A DNA stretch of 64,000 bases from an uncultured Gemmataceae bacterium (GTDB lineage Bacteria > Planctomycetota > Planctomycetia > Gemmatales > Gemmataceae), in NCBI GenBank assembly GCA_963750165.1, contig CAVVPN010000011.1, forward strand, positions 704,001 through 768,000, written 5' to 3'. The notes under the pieces were generated by a model. The model saw nothing but the letters and a program-made list of their open reading frames with translations, did not search any database and was not told the origin of the DNA. Both the position numbers and the translations under genes were made by a program. Of this stretch, positions 23,401 through 31,809 are shown piece by piece. Each line of letters opens with the position of its first letter. The first letter of the stretch is position 1.

Positions 23401-23767
23401 TCCGGAGGCAGACTTGGTGGCGCCGCTGGCGGGGCAGACGCGGTTCATCGTCCAAGAGGCGGACGCGCTGACGGCGGCGCCCGCAGAGACGGACCTGCTG
23501 GTCATGAGTGGCTGGCGCGCCTACGACCAACTCCAGGAAGGGCTGGGGCGGCACGCCGGCACGGTCGCTCAGTTTATCGTGCTGGACGGGGTGGCCGACT
23601 TCGGCGCGCCGCAGGGGGCCGGCGGCTACCGGGGGCCGTGGCCGGCGGTCGAGGAGTTCCTGGCCCGGGGTGACTTCCGCCTGCGTGAGCGGCTGGGCGG
23701 GGGCAGCGGCCTGACCGTGCTGGAGCGCGCTGCGCCGGTGACGGATCGTGGCCACCGCAGACAGTAG
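17438..23767 (+). CDS. 2109-aa multidomain glycosyltransferase: CgeB-like GT-B, TPR, GT4, GT2-TPR, GT2-TPR, degenerate methyltransferase-like domain
   Basis: RVWEAVAAG; RKGFDVLL and EGFGLPIAEAMACG; two MIVKNEE/MIVKDEE...DTGSxD...WLDAD modules; multiple TPRs. Confidence 0.9.
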   Translation: MPRHLYGPVRRAFADDHLRAFRARGECLAFGPEPGLDLTVGPADSWEEIRARLPAGWEPDFVALRPDAYLPVPAGLWPAPVPLVALAGDWHLLWHALRLQLPRCELVLSDAAGAETLARQGLGHARPALLYGCGDSWADAAAPDGPRDLDVVFVGSCRSATQGGRLPWLARLAALAGRRRVVIAAGVFGADYRALLGRAKIVFNHAVRGECNQRVWEAVAAGALLFQEAGNREVPRLLADRREFVAYDDANLEGLLDHYLDQEGERRAVAAAARSRLPEFTFARLWGQQLDRIDRALPGLRERAGRRRQAPDELLALRLGQLLHCPAGSDPNLVAALRVAADARPSAAALNALAVALAHGAGGAGAVGEPLGLLRRAAAADPAHPVVGLNLAEALAAAGDVAAAAQQAHRVVGLLDGPGADAAAWDAPPWPAGFDHLRVAWERAAWQHAGDPAAEARAKAELARWRLRALVARHSRRPDDFRAAVRERPDLPPTRAALGLALAHAGRPAEASAELRLALAAAPFDRQTARALYAALGAAADWPGQHRLAHDRLRLHRAAPGLVPAEPWFPDGPTPAADAATLAEGPVGVAWEGNLYALFSMALVNRALAARLSGHGIDLTLLPTDRPGAAPLPPELAGRCHDAPAEGVEVHVRHGWPPDWSPPPSGRWVVYQHWEYGSLPREWLRPLAEQADEVWVMSAYARRCFVQSGVPADRVFVVPGGVDIAALTRPRPPFPLRTQKRFRFLFVGGTLARKGFDVLLAAYALAFRRADDVCLVVKDLGAASFYQGQTAGEAVARLQADPDAPEVEYLDRDLGEDELASLYQSCHCLAYPYRGEGFGLPIAEAMACGLAVIVTGHGAALDFCDEQTAYLVPARERRFAHKRVGDLETVDHPWLAEPDAGVLCRLLRHVVEHPEEARAKGRAAAAYAAAHLTWERAADRVLERLRHLGHRPTRRPGRPAAVAPAPAGPRPRVSLTMIVKNEEQNLPVCLASVADLVDEIVVTDTGSTDQTKEVAAKFGAKVVNFAWQDSFAAARNAALVNATGDWVLWLDADEHLDEQNRGRLRALLERLGRENVGYLMRQHSPLEGPGQAAVVDQVRLFPRHPGLRWRHRVHEQILPGLRELGADVRASGVVVTHTGYTDPALQGPKVERNLRLLLLDHAEHPEEPFTLYNLGAVALTRRRPAEALDWLTRSLRHSRPRDSLLRKLHALLARCRHQLGQPEEALAACRAGLRLYPDDAELLFCEAVVRRARRDLEGAAACLRRLLRAPARVSLSGADALLRGPRAHQQLAEVLQEQGRAAEAEVHWRAALAGCPALAVARLGLARLYLGQGRWDELERVVAGLGGEPRLAAEAALLRGEGLLARREYAAARAALAAAAAARPRAVRPRLLLSRAWLQEGRDPEAAERALRDVLELDPGQPEARHNLDVLLREQGRPAGDVAAGAVARPWVSVTMIVKDEEANLPDCLESIRGLADELIVVDTGSSDRTKEVAARYGAKVYDFQWRDSFAAARNEALRHATGAWVFWLDADDRLDEENRAKLRGLFATLKDEPAAYRMTCLCLAGPDGRETEVDHLRLFRNHPQLRWDYRVHEQVLPAVRRLGHAVRRAGVVVRHAGYRDPAVLARKRDRDLRLLELEARERPADPFVLFNLGQALHHRGRTEQALACFRKSLAGSAPTDSIVRKLYALIAQGLLRLGRTREALAACREGLGRCPDDLELLFEEGALLRGQGDAAGAVACWEWCLRLPPGEYFGSVNPGLRGHVTRHQLALAYRDLGRPADAEAQWRAALAERPDYEPAWRGLAELLNAQERWVEGRELAQQAAGPMGLLFVACLRGRTQLARKNFAEARRRLSDAVERWPRAAEPRALLSHALLQEGQDRPAAEQALRDLIGVHPGNDEARNNLAVLLRRQGRFADGAVPPELTLADLYRRFCRVTSASGEQMSALYLLARQCRRVAVLGAAREGAVTALLFAGPAALTLCGLTRPPEADLVAPLAGQTRFIVQEADALTAAPAETDLLVMSGWRAYDQLQEGLGRHAGTVAQFIVLDGVADFGAPQGAGGYRGPWPAVEEFLARGDFRLRERLGGGSGLTVLERAAPVTDRGHRRQ

Positions 23768-24117
23768 CTCGGGCAGGTTGCAGCCCGGGAATAGGCGCGG
23801 AACCCGACGTGGGCGGACGTGGTCGAATCGATACCCGACCCCACCGACGAGTAACGCTAACCCGTACCCGCCTCGGAAGAGGCCAAGAACGGTGTCCCGC
23901 CTGTGGAGATTGGTGTCGCTTGTTGTCAGTCAACCTGAAAACCGGACGTGAGAAACGGACCTGCCGTAAGCCTCAAACGATATGCCGCTTATGCTTCCGG
24001 CTGCCTTTCGCCGAGAAAATCGTGGCTCATCCGGAACTCGGTCAGGGGTGACATTTTCTGCCCCGACCAGTCGGGAATGCCGGCGATGGGGTTTGAGCAA
24101 AGCGCTGAGAGTCGATA

Positions 24118-24224
24118 CTTACCGCGCTTTTCACGCTTTCCGCGCGGCAGTCGCCTAGCGTCCGCCAGCGGCGCTCTTTGAAGCCTACCAAGGGGTGCGC
24201 GGAAAGCGTGAAAAGCGCGATAAG
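24118..24224. repeat. 28-bp inverted repeat built of ~9-bp subrepeats; candidate replication origin
   Basis: cttaccgcgcttttcacgctttccgcgc (24118-24145) matches the reverse complement of 24197-24224 at 27/28 positions. Confidence 0.7.
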
Positions 24225-24233
24225 GGGGGCCGG

Positions 24234-26627
24234 TCAGCCTGCCTTCCTCACGTGCAGGGCAAACCACCGCTCCGCCGGCCGGCCGGCCGTCTCCTGCCGC
24301 TCAAACCGGGCCAGCCGGTGCTGCAACAGCAAGTTCATGGCGATGTCAAAGCGATCCGATTTCAGGTGACGCCCGAAGTGGTCTCGCAGTTCGTTCCGTG
24401 TAAGCCCGCCGGGACAAGTCGTCAGCAGCCGCAGCACCTCGTCGGCCACCGGGTCGCCCAGGCTGTTGCCGAAGATGTAGCAGACCGACCGCTCGACGTA
24501 CCGCCACAGCGCCAGCGCCGCCTGCAAGTGCTCGGCGCGGATGACCGCGGAGCGGTCGAGCAGCGCGTAGATCATCGCCAGCCGCATGACGTGCGCCTCG
24601 CCCCGCCCCAGCAGCGACCCGGCCAACCCCGGCCAGCCTTCGCTGAGGTCGGCGTACACTTCACACCAGAGCCGGCGGGCGACGTCATCCCGAGCCACCA
24701 CGCCGGCCGACTGTGCGAAGCGGACTGCCTCCACGAGTTCTCCGGCCAACTGCGACCAGGCGGTCGGGTCCACCTGGCCCCCTTCGGGGAGCAACTTTGA
24801 GCGGTCGGCGCAGAGCCACAGGTGGCGGTTGCCGAAGCCGTTGGCCGTCTCCGTCACGGTCAGGTAGCGGCGCAGCTCGTCGGTGGTGATGTGGCCGATC
24901 AGGCTAACGTGCGCGTCGGTGGACCTGGCGGGTGCGTTCTTCGTCAGCGTGGACAGGGCCTGTCCGTCCCACGCCTGCCGCAACGCCGCGGAGAGCGTGT
25001 TGCCCTGCCGCTCCGTCTGCTTGAGCACGTTGGCGAACTCCGGCTCGTAGACCAGCAGCCGCTTGTCCGTGGCGCCGGCGTCAGCCTCCGCATCCTCGCG
25101 TGCAATGTCCTCGTCGTCGGCCTTGCCGCGCTTCCGCTTGCCGTCCGGGTCGCGCACCGACCAGATGAGTCCCTCGCCGCTGGACAGCCCGGACTGGATG
25201 CGGTCGCTGAGCCACCCGGGGTCCACGTCGCGGAACAGCCCGCTCACGCGGCCCCAGCTGGTCCCCTTGCGCGCCTTGCTGCTGCGTCCGACCAGCACCG
25301 CGAATTCGTTGGCGAAGTGGCGGTCGGACTCGACGACGAAGTGCGCGCCCCGGCCGATGGCGTTGCCGAAGGCGACCAGCGTCTGCACGAGCAGGGCAGC
25401 CGGGTCGGCTTCGGAGGCGGGCTCGATGAGGCGGACGATTTTACCCGCCAGGCCGCAATACGCCGGCTCGTCCGGCGGCTGCGGCCAGTTCGTCAACACG
25501 AGGGGTGACACGTCCCGGCCCGAGCCCGCGGCGGCAACCAGGCGCTGCCCGCCGTAGCCCTGGTCGGCCAGGTCGCGGGCCGCGGCCGCGTAGTCCCCGC
25601 CGTGCTTCAGCGTGGCGTAGGCGGCGAACTTGCTGTAGGGCTTCCGAGGCTGGAACGGGCTGGCGTTGGTGGAGAAGACGTACAGCCGGTCGGTGCCGTC
25701 CAGGCCCTTGCAGTGCCCCGTGGTGGCGGACCAGTCGGTCCGCTTGCCCGGCCGCCTCCAGTAGCGGACCTCGCTGGTCTGGCGGACGCACTCCCACCCC
25801 TCCAGGAGGTCCGACCAGTCCGGCCCCCGCCGCCCGAAGTCATCGCCGGGCCGGTCACCCACGCTGCCGGCACCGTCCCCGGGGTATTCCAGGGAAGCCG
25901 GCGTGCGGTCCAGGGACCGGGCCAGGGCCAGCAGCATCTCGCGCTCTTCCGCAGTCACTGCGGGCAACTCGGTCAACCTGGGGCCATCGCTGTGTTGATA
26001 GAGGCCGCGCGTTTCGTGGCACTCCGGTGGACATCCGGGTGCAAGAGCCTGACCGCCCTGGCCCCGCGTCTCGATCAACGTTTGCAGCTTGGGGCTGCCG
26101 TTGTCCAGGAAGACCGGCTTACCCTCGCGGTCGATGACCTGGGTCTCGGCCAACGTGGTGTTGCCGCCGATCTTCACGCCGGGGCAGCGGTACCAGCAGT
26201 GGTAGCCGGCCGGCCGCCGGGGCGTCCTGACGACGCACAGCTTGTCGCGAAGGCCAGGCGCCTGGGCGTCCACCAGCTCGAACCACAGGCGGAGCTGGCT
26301 CTCGGCGTCGTGGTCAAAATCGATCACTTCCAGGCCGCCGGAAGGCGACCCGCACACCAGCCCGATGCCGCACTTGCCGTCTGCAAACCACTTCTCCAGT
26401 TCTTGTAGGGTCGGCATCCCGTGGCTCTGCCAGTTGCGGTACATCGGCCGCTTGCTGCCGTCCAGCCGGACCGGCGTCACGCACAGGCCGGCCGCGACAT
26501 AGGCGCGTGCAACGTCCAGCACGGACGAACGGCCTTTCCGGCTTGAGTCGTGCGTTCCGGGCTGCTCGTCGAGGGCCGGCGCGGTGTTGGTTTGGCTCAC
26601 CGCAGGAGTCTCTGAAGTAGTGCCCAT
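24234..26627 (-). CDS. Bifunctional primase/polymerase fused to DUF3987-like helicase domain
   Basis: AYVAAGLCVTPV, GIGLVCG, VIDFD, GYHCWY, ETRGQGG; C-terminal GRSSKARKGTS, LLVYEPEF and NGFGNR. Confidence 0.85.
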   Translation of the reverse strand: MGTTSETPAVSQTNTAPALDEQPGTHDSSRKGRSSVLDVARAYVAAGLCVTPVRLDGSKRPMYRNWQSHGMPTLQELEKWFADGKCGIGLVCGSPSGGLEVIDFDHDAESQLRLWFELVDAQAPGLRDKLCVVRTPRRPAGYHCWYRCPGVKIGGNTTLAETQVIDREGKPVFLDNGSPKLQTLIETRGQGGQALAPGCPPECHETRGLYQHSDGPRLTELPAVTAEEREMLLALARSLDRTPASLEYPGDGAGSVGDRPGDDFGRRGPDWSDLLEGWECVRQTSEVRYWRRPGKRTDWSATTGHCKGLDGTDRLYVFSTNASPFQPRKPYSKFAAYATLKHGGDYAAAARDLADQGYGGQRLVAAAGSGRDVSPLVLTNWPQPPDEPAYCGLAGKIVRLIEPASEADPAALLVQTLVAFGNAIGRGAHFVVESDRHFANEFAVLVGRSSKARKGTSWGRVSGLFRDVDPGWLSDRIQSGLSSGEGLIWSVRDPDGKRKRGKADDEDIAREDAEADAGATDKRLLVYEPEFANVLKQTERQGNTLSAALRQAWDGQALSTLTKNAPARSTDAHVSLIGHITTDELRRYLTVTETANGFGNRHLWLCADRSKLLPEGGQVDPTAWSQLAGELVEAVRFAQSAGVVARDDVARRLWCEVYADLSEGWPGLAGSLLGRGEAHVMRLAMIYALLDRSAVIRAEHLQAALALWRYVERSVCYIFGNSLGDPVADEVLRLLTTCPGGLTRNELRDHFGRHLKSDRFDIAMNLLLQHRLARFERQETAGRPAERWFALHVRKAG

Positions 26628-26938
26628 AATCCCTCCAACGTGCCGGCCGCGGCCGTACAGGCGTTCGGCTGGCGTAGGATTTGTTCCGGGTAGCGTTATC
26701 CTGAGCAGATCGGCGGTTACCGGCGGGCGCTGCGGAATGACCCGTCGGTAATTCGCGGCGCCCGACGATGACCACCTTGATTCACGGCTGAGAACTGCTC
26801 ACCAGTGCACGTGCGGCATAGTCCTTCAAGGATCGCCATGACAGACAGCAGGGTCTGCCGAACCTGGCGTTCGCGAAGTGGCCGGCCGTCATCTGGTAGC
26901 CCTTTTCCCGGGCGGGTTCAAAAACCTTGGGGTTCGTT

Positions 26939-27214
26939 TCACGGCGCGTCACATTGGTCGTCGGACTGCGGCGTGGCAGGCGCCACGCCGCTGCGCTTCT
27001 GATGGATGTGGTGTGCGGCATCCCGCTGTTGTCGGAGCTTGCCGAGGTAGCCGCTGACATCGTCTTCGAGCCAGCGCACCCACTTGCGGTTCCGCCGCAT
27101 CGGTTGCGGGAACTCGCCGGCGGACACCATCTTGAAGAGGGTCCGCTTCGAGACGTGGAGGCGGTTGGCGACCTCGGCTGGGGTCAACAGGGGGTCTTTC
27201 ATTGTTGCGTTCAT
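26939..27214 (-). CDS. AlpA/excisionase-family HTH protein
   Basis: LLTPAEVANRLHVSKRTLFKMVSAGEFPQP...VRW; start 27214 or 27202. Confidence 0.85.
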   Translation of the reverse strand: MNATMKDPLLTPAEVANRLHVSKRTLFKMVSAGEFPQPMRRNRKWVRWLEDDVSGYLGKLRQQRDAAHHIHQKRSGVAPATPQSDDQCDAP

Positions 27215-27765
27215 GGTCACCGTGGGGTTCAAGGGTGCCGCCTTTCCCTGACGAAATCGCGGGCTTCAACGTGAAGGCCCGCCTTCTTCCCCCACTTTGG
27301 ACATACCGCGCGAGTCGAACCAAGAGGACCTGTTCAGGAATTTTTAGACTCGTCGCGCAATGTGATGGAGGATTGAGCGGTTTCGGGCAGAGGGGTGGTA
27401 GAGCGTGTCGGCGGCGGAATTCGGCAGCACGTGCGCGAGTTGGCATTGAACGGTGATCAGCGGTCAGTCATAATTCCCGCCCCTTCGAGTCATGTCACGG
27501 TGGCCTTTTTTGGTGACATTTGACGACAGGGCCGGTTCTTCGCAAGGTTGCGCCCGGGCAGGTTCATCGTATTTGAGACATCGAGGGTGATTCTTTCAAC
27601 AATCGGTAGGGCTGGCGGTAGGGAACGGGCTTCGTTCAACGGCGTTTTTCGGCCCCTACGCGCACCCAATTGCACCGGCATTGTTGTCGTAAGCTATTTC
27701 CAAGTTGCCCCTTGCGCATCCATGATCTTTCATCGTCCAAAAACGGCGTCGTGCCGGGATTTACT

Positions 27766-27822
27766 TTGCTAAAGCGGCGTGGGTGTCAAAGCCCACCGCG
27801 GGTTCGAATCCCGCCCTCTCCG
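27766..27822 (+). tRNA. 3' half of tRNA-Ser(GCT), att-site duplicate rather than a functional gene
   Basis: Loop ttGCTaa, agcgg, long variable arm, gcggg-ttcgaat-cccgc, cctctccG; upstream bases cannot form the anticodon stem or D-arm. Confidence 0.85.
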
Positions 27823-28091
27823 TTTCACGTCAGGACTTACGACGAATGCCTTCGTTGAGAAGGAACCATTCCCAACGAGAGTTGGTAGGGAAACCGCTAC
27901 GCGTTTCCCTTCTCGCTTTTCACGTCCCTGGAAAGGGAAAAGTGGCAGACCGCCCCCGTCTTGCGGGTTTTTCCACTCCCGTGCGCCTCCCCGCGTGTCG
28001 CAATCGTCCGGCCGACATACGGGCAGGTGGCGAAATCCCCGGATCGACGCAGGGTTGCTGGCGCTGTTCAAAACTGCATCAGTCAAGCAAC

Positions 28092-29447
28092 TCATTTCAA
28101 CACCCGATCCGCAGCCGCCAAATGCAACTCGCGAATGCGCGCTTGCACTGGACGGCCTTCGTCGGTTCGCCCCGCGTGGTCGAAGTAGCTGACCTCATTT
28201 TCCAGGCTCGTCAGCAACAACGCCAGTTGGTCCTCCTGTTGAAACCGTTGTTGCGCCGCACGCAAGTGGTACAGCCCTTCCGCTTCCTTCGCCACGGTCA
28301 GGTAGGCCAGGCCGAGGTCGGCTTCGGCCTCAGCCCGGTAAGGGAAATCCGCAGTGGATTTCTCGACGGCCTGTTGCAGAAACACCAGCGCTTGCTGCGT
28401 TTGCCCTTCGTGCAATTTCCCGGACCCCAGCAGCGCCAACGCCGGCAAACGCCAGCCCAGATCGTTGGGCCGATCCGCCACGGCCGTGAGCAAACTGACG
28501 GCGGCGGGGGCTTGCTCCAGGGCGAGCAACGCCCGGGCCTGATACAGGCTCAGGAAATCGTCCCAGGGCGGGAACAAGCCGTGGCTGTCGGCACGCTTGA
28601 ACGCCGACAGGGCCGCCGACGCTTCCGAGCGCTGCAGCCGCGCGTTGCCGACCGCGAACCAAACCAGGGCCTCGGGCGTGAACTTCGCGTCGGCCGGCAA
28701 CTCGCGGAGCCGGGCGGGCAAGAGCGCCGCGAGGGCAACGCCCGCCTCCGTCGGCCAGGGGGTGTTCACGGGACGCTGAGCGGCGAGCTGTTCCCACAGG
28801 GCCGGCGCCGGCCAGCGCGTCGCCCAGCGGGCCGCCAGGAGGGCGGTCTGTTGCCAGGTCCGGGCGGCGGCCGGCAGCTGACCGAGGCGGCGCTGGGCTT
28901 CCGCTAACAACAGATTCGCCTGGAGTGCGTGGAACGGATACGGCGTCAGGTGGGCCTGATTTCTCTGGAGAAGATTGCCGGCATCGGTCCATCTGCGGCT
29001 GTTCATTAACTCCTGAGCTTTGACCAGGGTGTCCTCGGCTTGCTGCAAACCGCCGCGGCCGTGTCCTTGCAAACGCGCCTGCCAACCGTCGTCGTTGGGA
29101 TGTTGCAAACGCCGGTCCACGGCGCACGCCAACGCCAACTCCGCCGGACTGGCTGGCTGCCGGACGTTGTGCCGGCGCAGCGTGTCGATGGCAATGTCCA
29201 GCCGGCGCTGCAGCATCAGGTCCAGGGATGCATAACGTTGAGCCGCCAATTGTTCCTCGACCTTGTGCAGCAAGGCCACCCCATCCCCGTTCGCGCGGGT
29301 TTTCAGCTCCAGGCAATCGCCGTCACATTTCACTTGATATTTGAGGCCCGTCGCATCCTTGACGAACTGGTCGGACGAGTGCTGGCAACCCGCGCACAGC
29401 GCCAGCACCGACACCAACAACCAACTTCGCTTGGGGACGAGCCGCAT
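28092..29447 (-). CDS. TPR-containing lipoprotein (possible pilotin/secretin partner)
   Basis: Signal peptide ending LALCAGC; TPR-like helices; directly downstream of secretin. Confidence 0.7.
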   Translation of the reverse strand: MRLVPKRSWLLVSVLALCAGCQHSSDQFVKDATGLKYQVKCDGDCLELKTRANGDGVALLHKVEEQLAAQRYASLDLMLQRRLDIAIDTLRRHNVRQPASPAELALACAVDRRLQHPNDDGWQARLQGHGRGGLQQAEDTLVKAQELMNSRRWTDAGNLLQRNQAHLTPYPFHALQANLLLAEAQRRLGQLPAAARTWQQTALLAARWATRWPAPALWEQLAAQRPVNTPWPTEAGVALAALLPARLRELPADAKFTPEALVWFAVGNARLQRSEASAALSAFKRADSHGLFPPWDDFLSLYQARALLALEQAPAAVSLLTAVADRPNDLGWRLPALALLGSGKLHEGQTQQALVFLQQAVEKSTADFPYRAEAEADLGLAYLTVAKEAEGLYHLRAAQQRFQQEDQLALLLTSLENEVSYFDHAGRTDEGRPVQARIRELHLAAADRVLK

Positions 29448-29501
29448 GGCGTAGGTCCTGTGAACCCGATGGATCCTGAAGGGCGAATTACATGAGAGGC
29501 A

Positions 29502-31720
29502 TTAGTAGTCCTTGGGTAGAACCATGTGAACCTGGAACAGCCGCTGTGCCGGGGTCACCGGCGGATTGGGAACCAACACTTCATTCGGCAGAAAGGTGTT
29601 TTGATTGCCGAAATTGCCGGTCTGCACGGCCGGATGAATGCTCAGCGTTTCCACCAGGCCGCGGCTGGCGCAGGCTGCTTCGGTGGCCGTGTTCAGGACG
29701 TAAGGTCGAATGAGGATCACGAGTTCGCTGCGCGTGCGGATGGTTTCCTGCTTGCGAAAAAAAACGCCCAGGTAAGGAATGCGACCCAGGATCGGCACTT
29801 CCGACCGCGAATCAAGCACCCCTTCCTGAATCAGACCGCCCACCGCGATCATCAAACCGTCGTGGGCAATGAAGGTGCCGGTCAAGGTTTGACTCTGGAC
29901 GGTGTCCACGGGAACCTGGTTGATGACTGCGCCATCCGCGCTCGGCAGCGGGATGGTCGCCCCGTTGTGGGTAACCGTGGAGTTTTGTTGCTGGATACGC
30001 AGCGTGACGGAGCGGTCGGCGTTGATGCTGGGCGTGATCAGCAGGGTGGTGCCGATCTGTTGCAGGGTGGTGATCGGCGTCGGCACGACGGTGATCGCAT
30101 TGGTGGTCGTCGCGGTCGTTTGCGCCGGGTTGAAGCCGATGGTGATGGGGATTTGCGAGCCGGTAAAAATTTGGCTGACTTCGTTGTTCGCGGTCATGAG
30201 CAGCGGCGTCGCCAGTTGCGTGATGCGGCCCTTGTCTTCGAGCAGTTGCAGCGCGCGCGGAAGTTGGCGCTGACCAGCTGGAATAGAAAATTGGGGCTGG
30301 GCGGCGTGTTCAATGGACCCGGTGCAATGGTGGCGTAACGGCGCTGGCTGGCCGGGAGCTGGTCGGCGAACGGCGGCAGGATGTTGCCACTCGTGGCGGC
30401 GTTGGGGACGAAGCCAAGCGCCAGCAGGTGGCCGTCAGTGATCTGGAAATCGAAACTCGACGTGAAATCATCCAGGAGATTGATCGACAGGATTTTCACG
30501 TCAAGGAGTACTGCGGGCGTCGGGATGTCGAGCTTGCAAACGAGGTCGTCGATCTGCGCCAGGGCGGTGAGATCACTGGTGCGGATCACGAGTTGGTTGT
30601 TGGTTTTGATCACGGTGACGAAAATGGTGGCGGGTTGCCGGCCCAGTAAATCCAACAACAATTTGTTGCGTTCCGGTCCCTCCTTGCCCGACAGTGCGTT
30701 GTAAAGCTCCTGCATTTCCTCCGGGGTGAGGTTCTGGAGACGCTGTTCGGGTTTGAGCGCTTGTTGGTACAGGTTCTGGGCCTGGAACTGCTGGTTGACG
30801 CCCGTGGGCCCGAGCTGGGCACCAAAACCGCCGGAGAAGCCGCCCCCAAACATGCCGCCACCAAAACCGCCGCCGCCGCCAAAGCCGCCAAGCCCGCCCC
30901 CTCCCAAACCACCAAGTCCCCCTCCGAGTCCGCCCAGCCCGCCGCCCAGGCCGCCGAGTCCGCCGCCCAGTCCGCCAATGCCGGCAATGCCCACGCCCCC
31001 CCCCACCGAAACGCCCAGGCCCCTCGATTGGCTGTGCAACAAGTTATACCGCGAAAAGCTGCTTTGCAGATCGATGAACTGCAAGCTCGGCGGGACACCG
31101 TAACCGAGGCGCACGCGCGGGCCAAACAGGTCGCGGATGGCGGTGGCCACGTTGATCGCGTTGGGATAGAGCAGTGTATAGACGCGGGTCTGATCCTCGC
31201 GGAAGTCGGACAGGTTTTGTTGATTTTCCTTGGCGGTGAAGATGCGCAGGATGCCCGTAGTGGGATCGCGGCGATAAATCAAACCGTTGGCCCGGCAGAG
31301 CGCTTCCACCGCCACGAGGGGCGTCACCCGCTCCAAAAACAACGACACCTTGATTTTGCCTGCTTCCGCGGACGGTACGATGTTGAAGCCGGTTTGCTGG
31401 GACAGCGTGCGCATGGCGTCCTGCAGCGGCAGGTCGCGGAACTCCACGAGGGGGACCATAACCTCGGCCGGATCGACCGCCTTCCCCCCCGGCAGTGTTT
31501 TCGGCATCGGCAACGTATCGACTTTCTGAGCCAGCGCGACGGCGGCAGCCGGAACACCAGGTGCCGGGGTCGGCGACGGTGACGGATCCTGGTAGCCAAT
31601 CTTCACCCTGGGGGGTGAGGGTGGTGTGCCAGGGGCCGCCTTTGTCTGAGCGAAGGACGTTCCCGGCATCCAGGCAAGCCACACGATAACCAGGCCAATT
31701 CGGTTCGGAAGCCTGAACAT
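29502..31720 (-). CDS. Secretin (GspD/PilQ family), split by 1-nt frameshift near 30251
   Basis: N0-like EFRDLPLQDAM; PAVLLDVKIL; restored NFRARLQLLEDKGRITQLATP; VPILGRIPYLGVFF and ELVILIRP; Gly-rich insert. Confidence 0.9.
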
Positions 31721-31809
31721 GGGAATCCTTTCTCATGGGGGCGTGCGATCTTGCTGCCGAGGTCCTGTTACCTTTGCGCGAAGAGTAAATCCCCGATTGG
31801 GAATACTAA

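Larger units (their letters stand above)
1..27822. mobile_element. Integrative element/genomic island (left end outside window) inserted in tRNA-Ser(GCT)
   Basis: Ends in a 3'-half tRNA (att-like). AlpA and Prim-Pol/DUF3987 lie next to the boundary; tyrosine recombinase and toxin cargo lie inside. Confidence 0.7.

Noticed and set aside
27730..27822. Complete tRNA-Ser gene
   Set aside because: The 5' acceptor strand, D-arm and 5' anticodon stem are missing.
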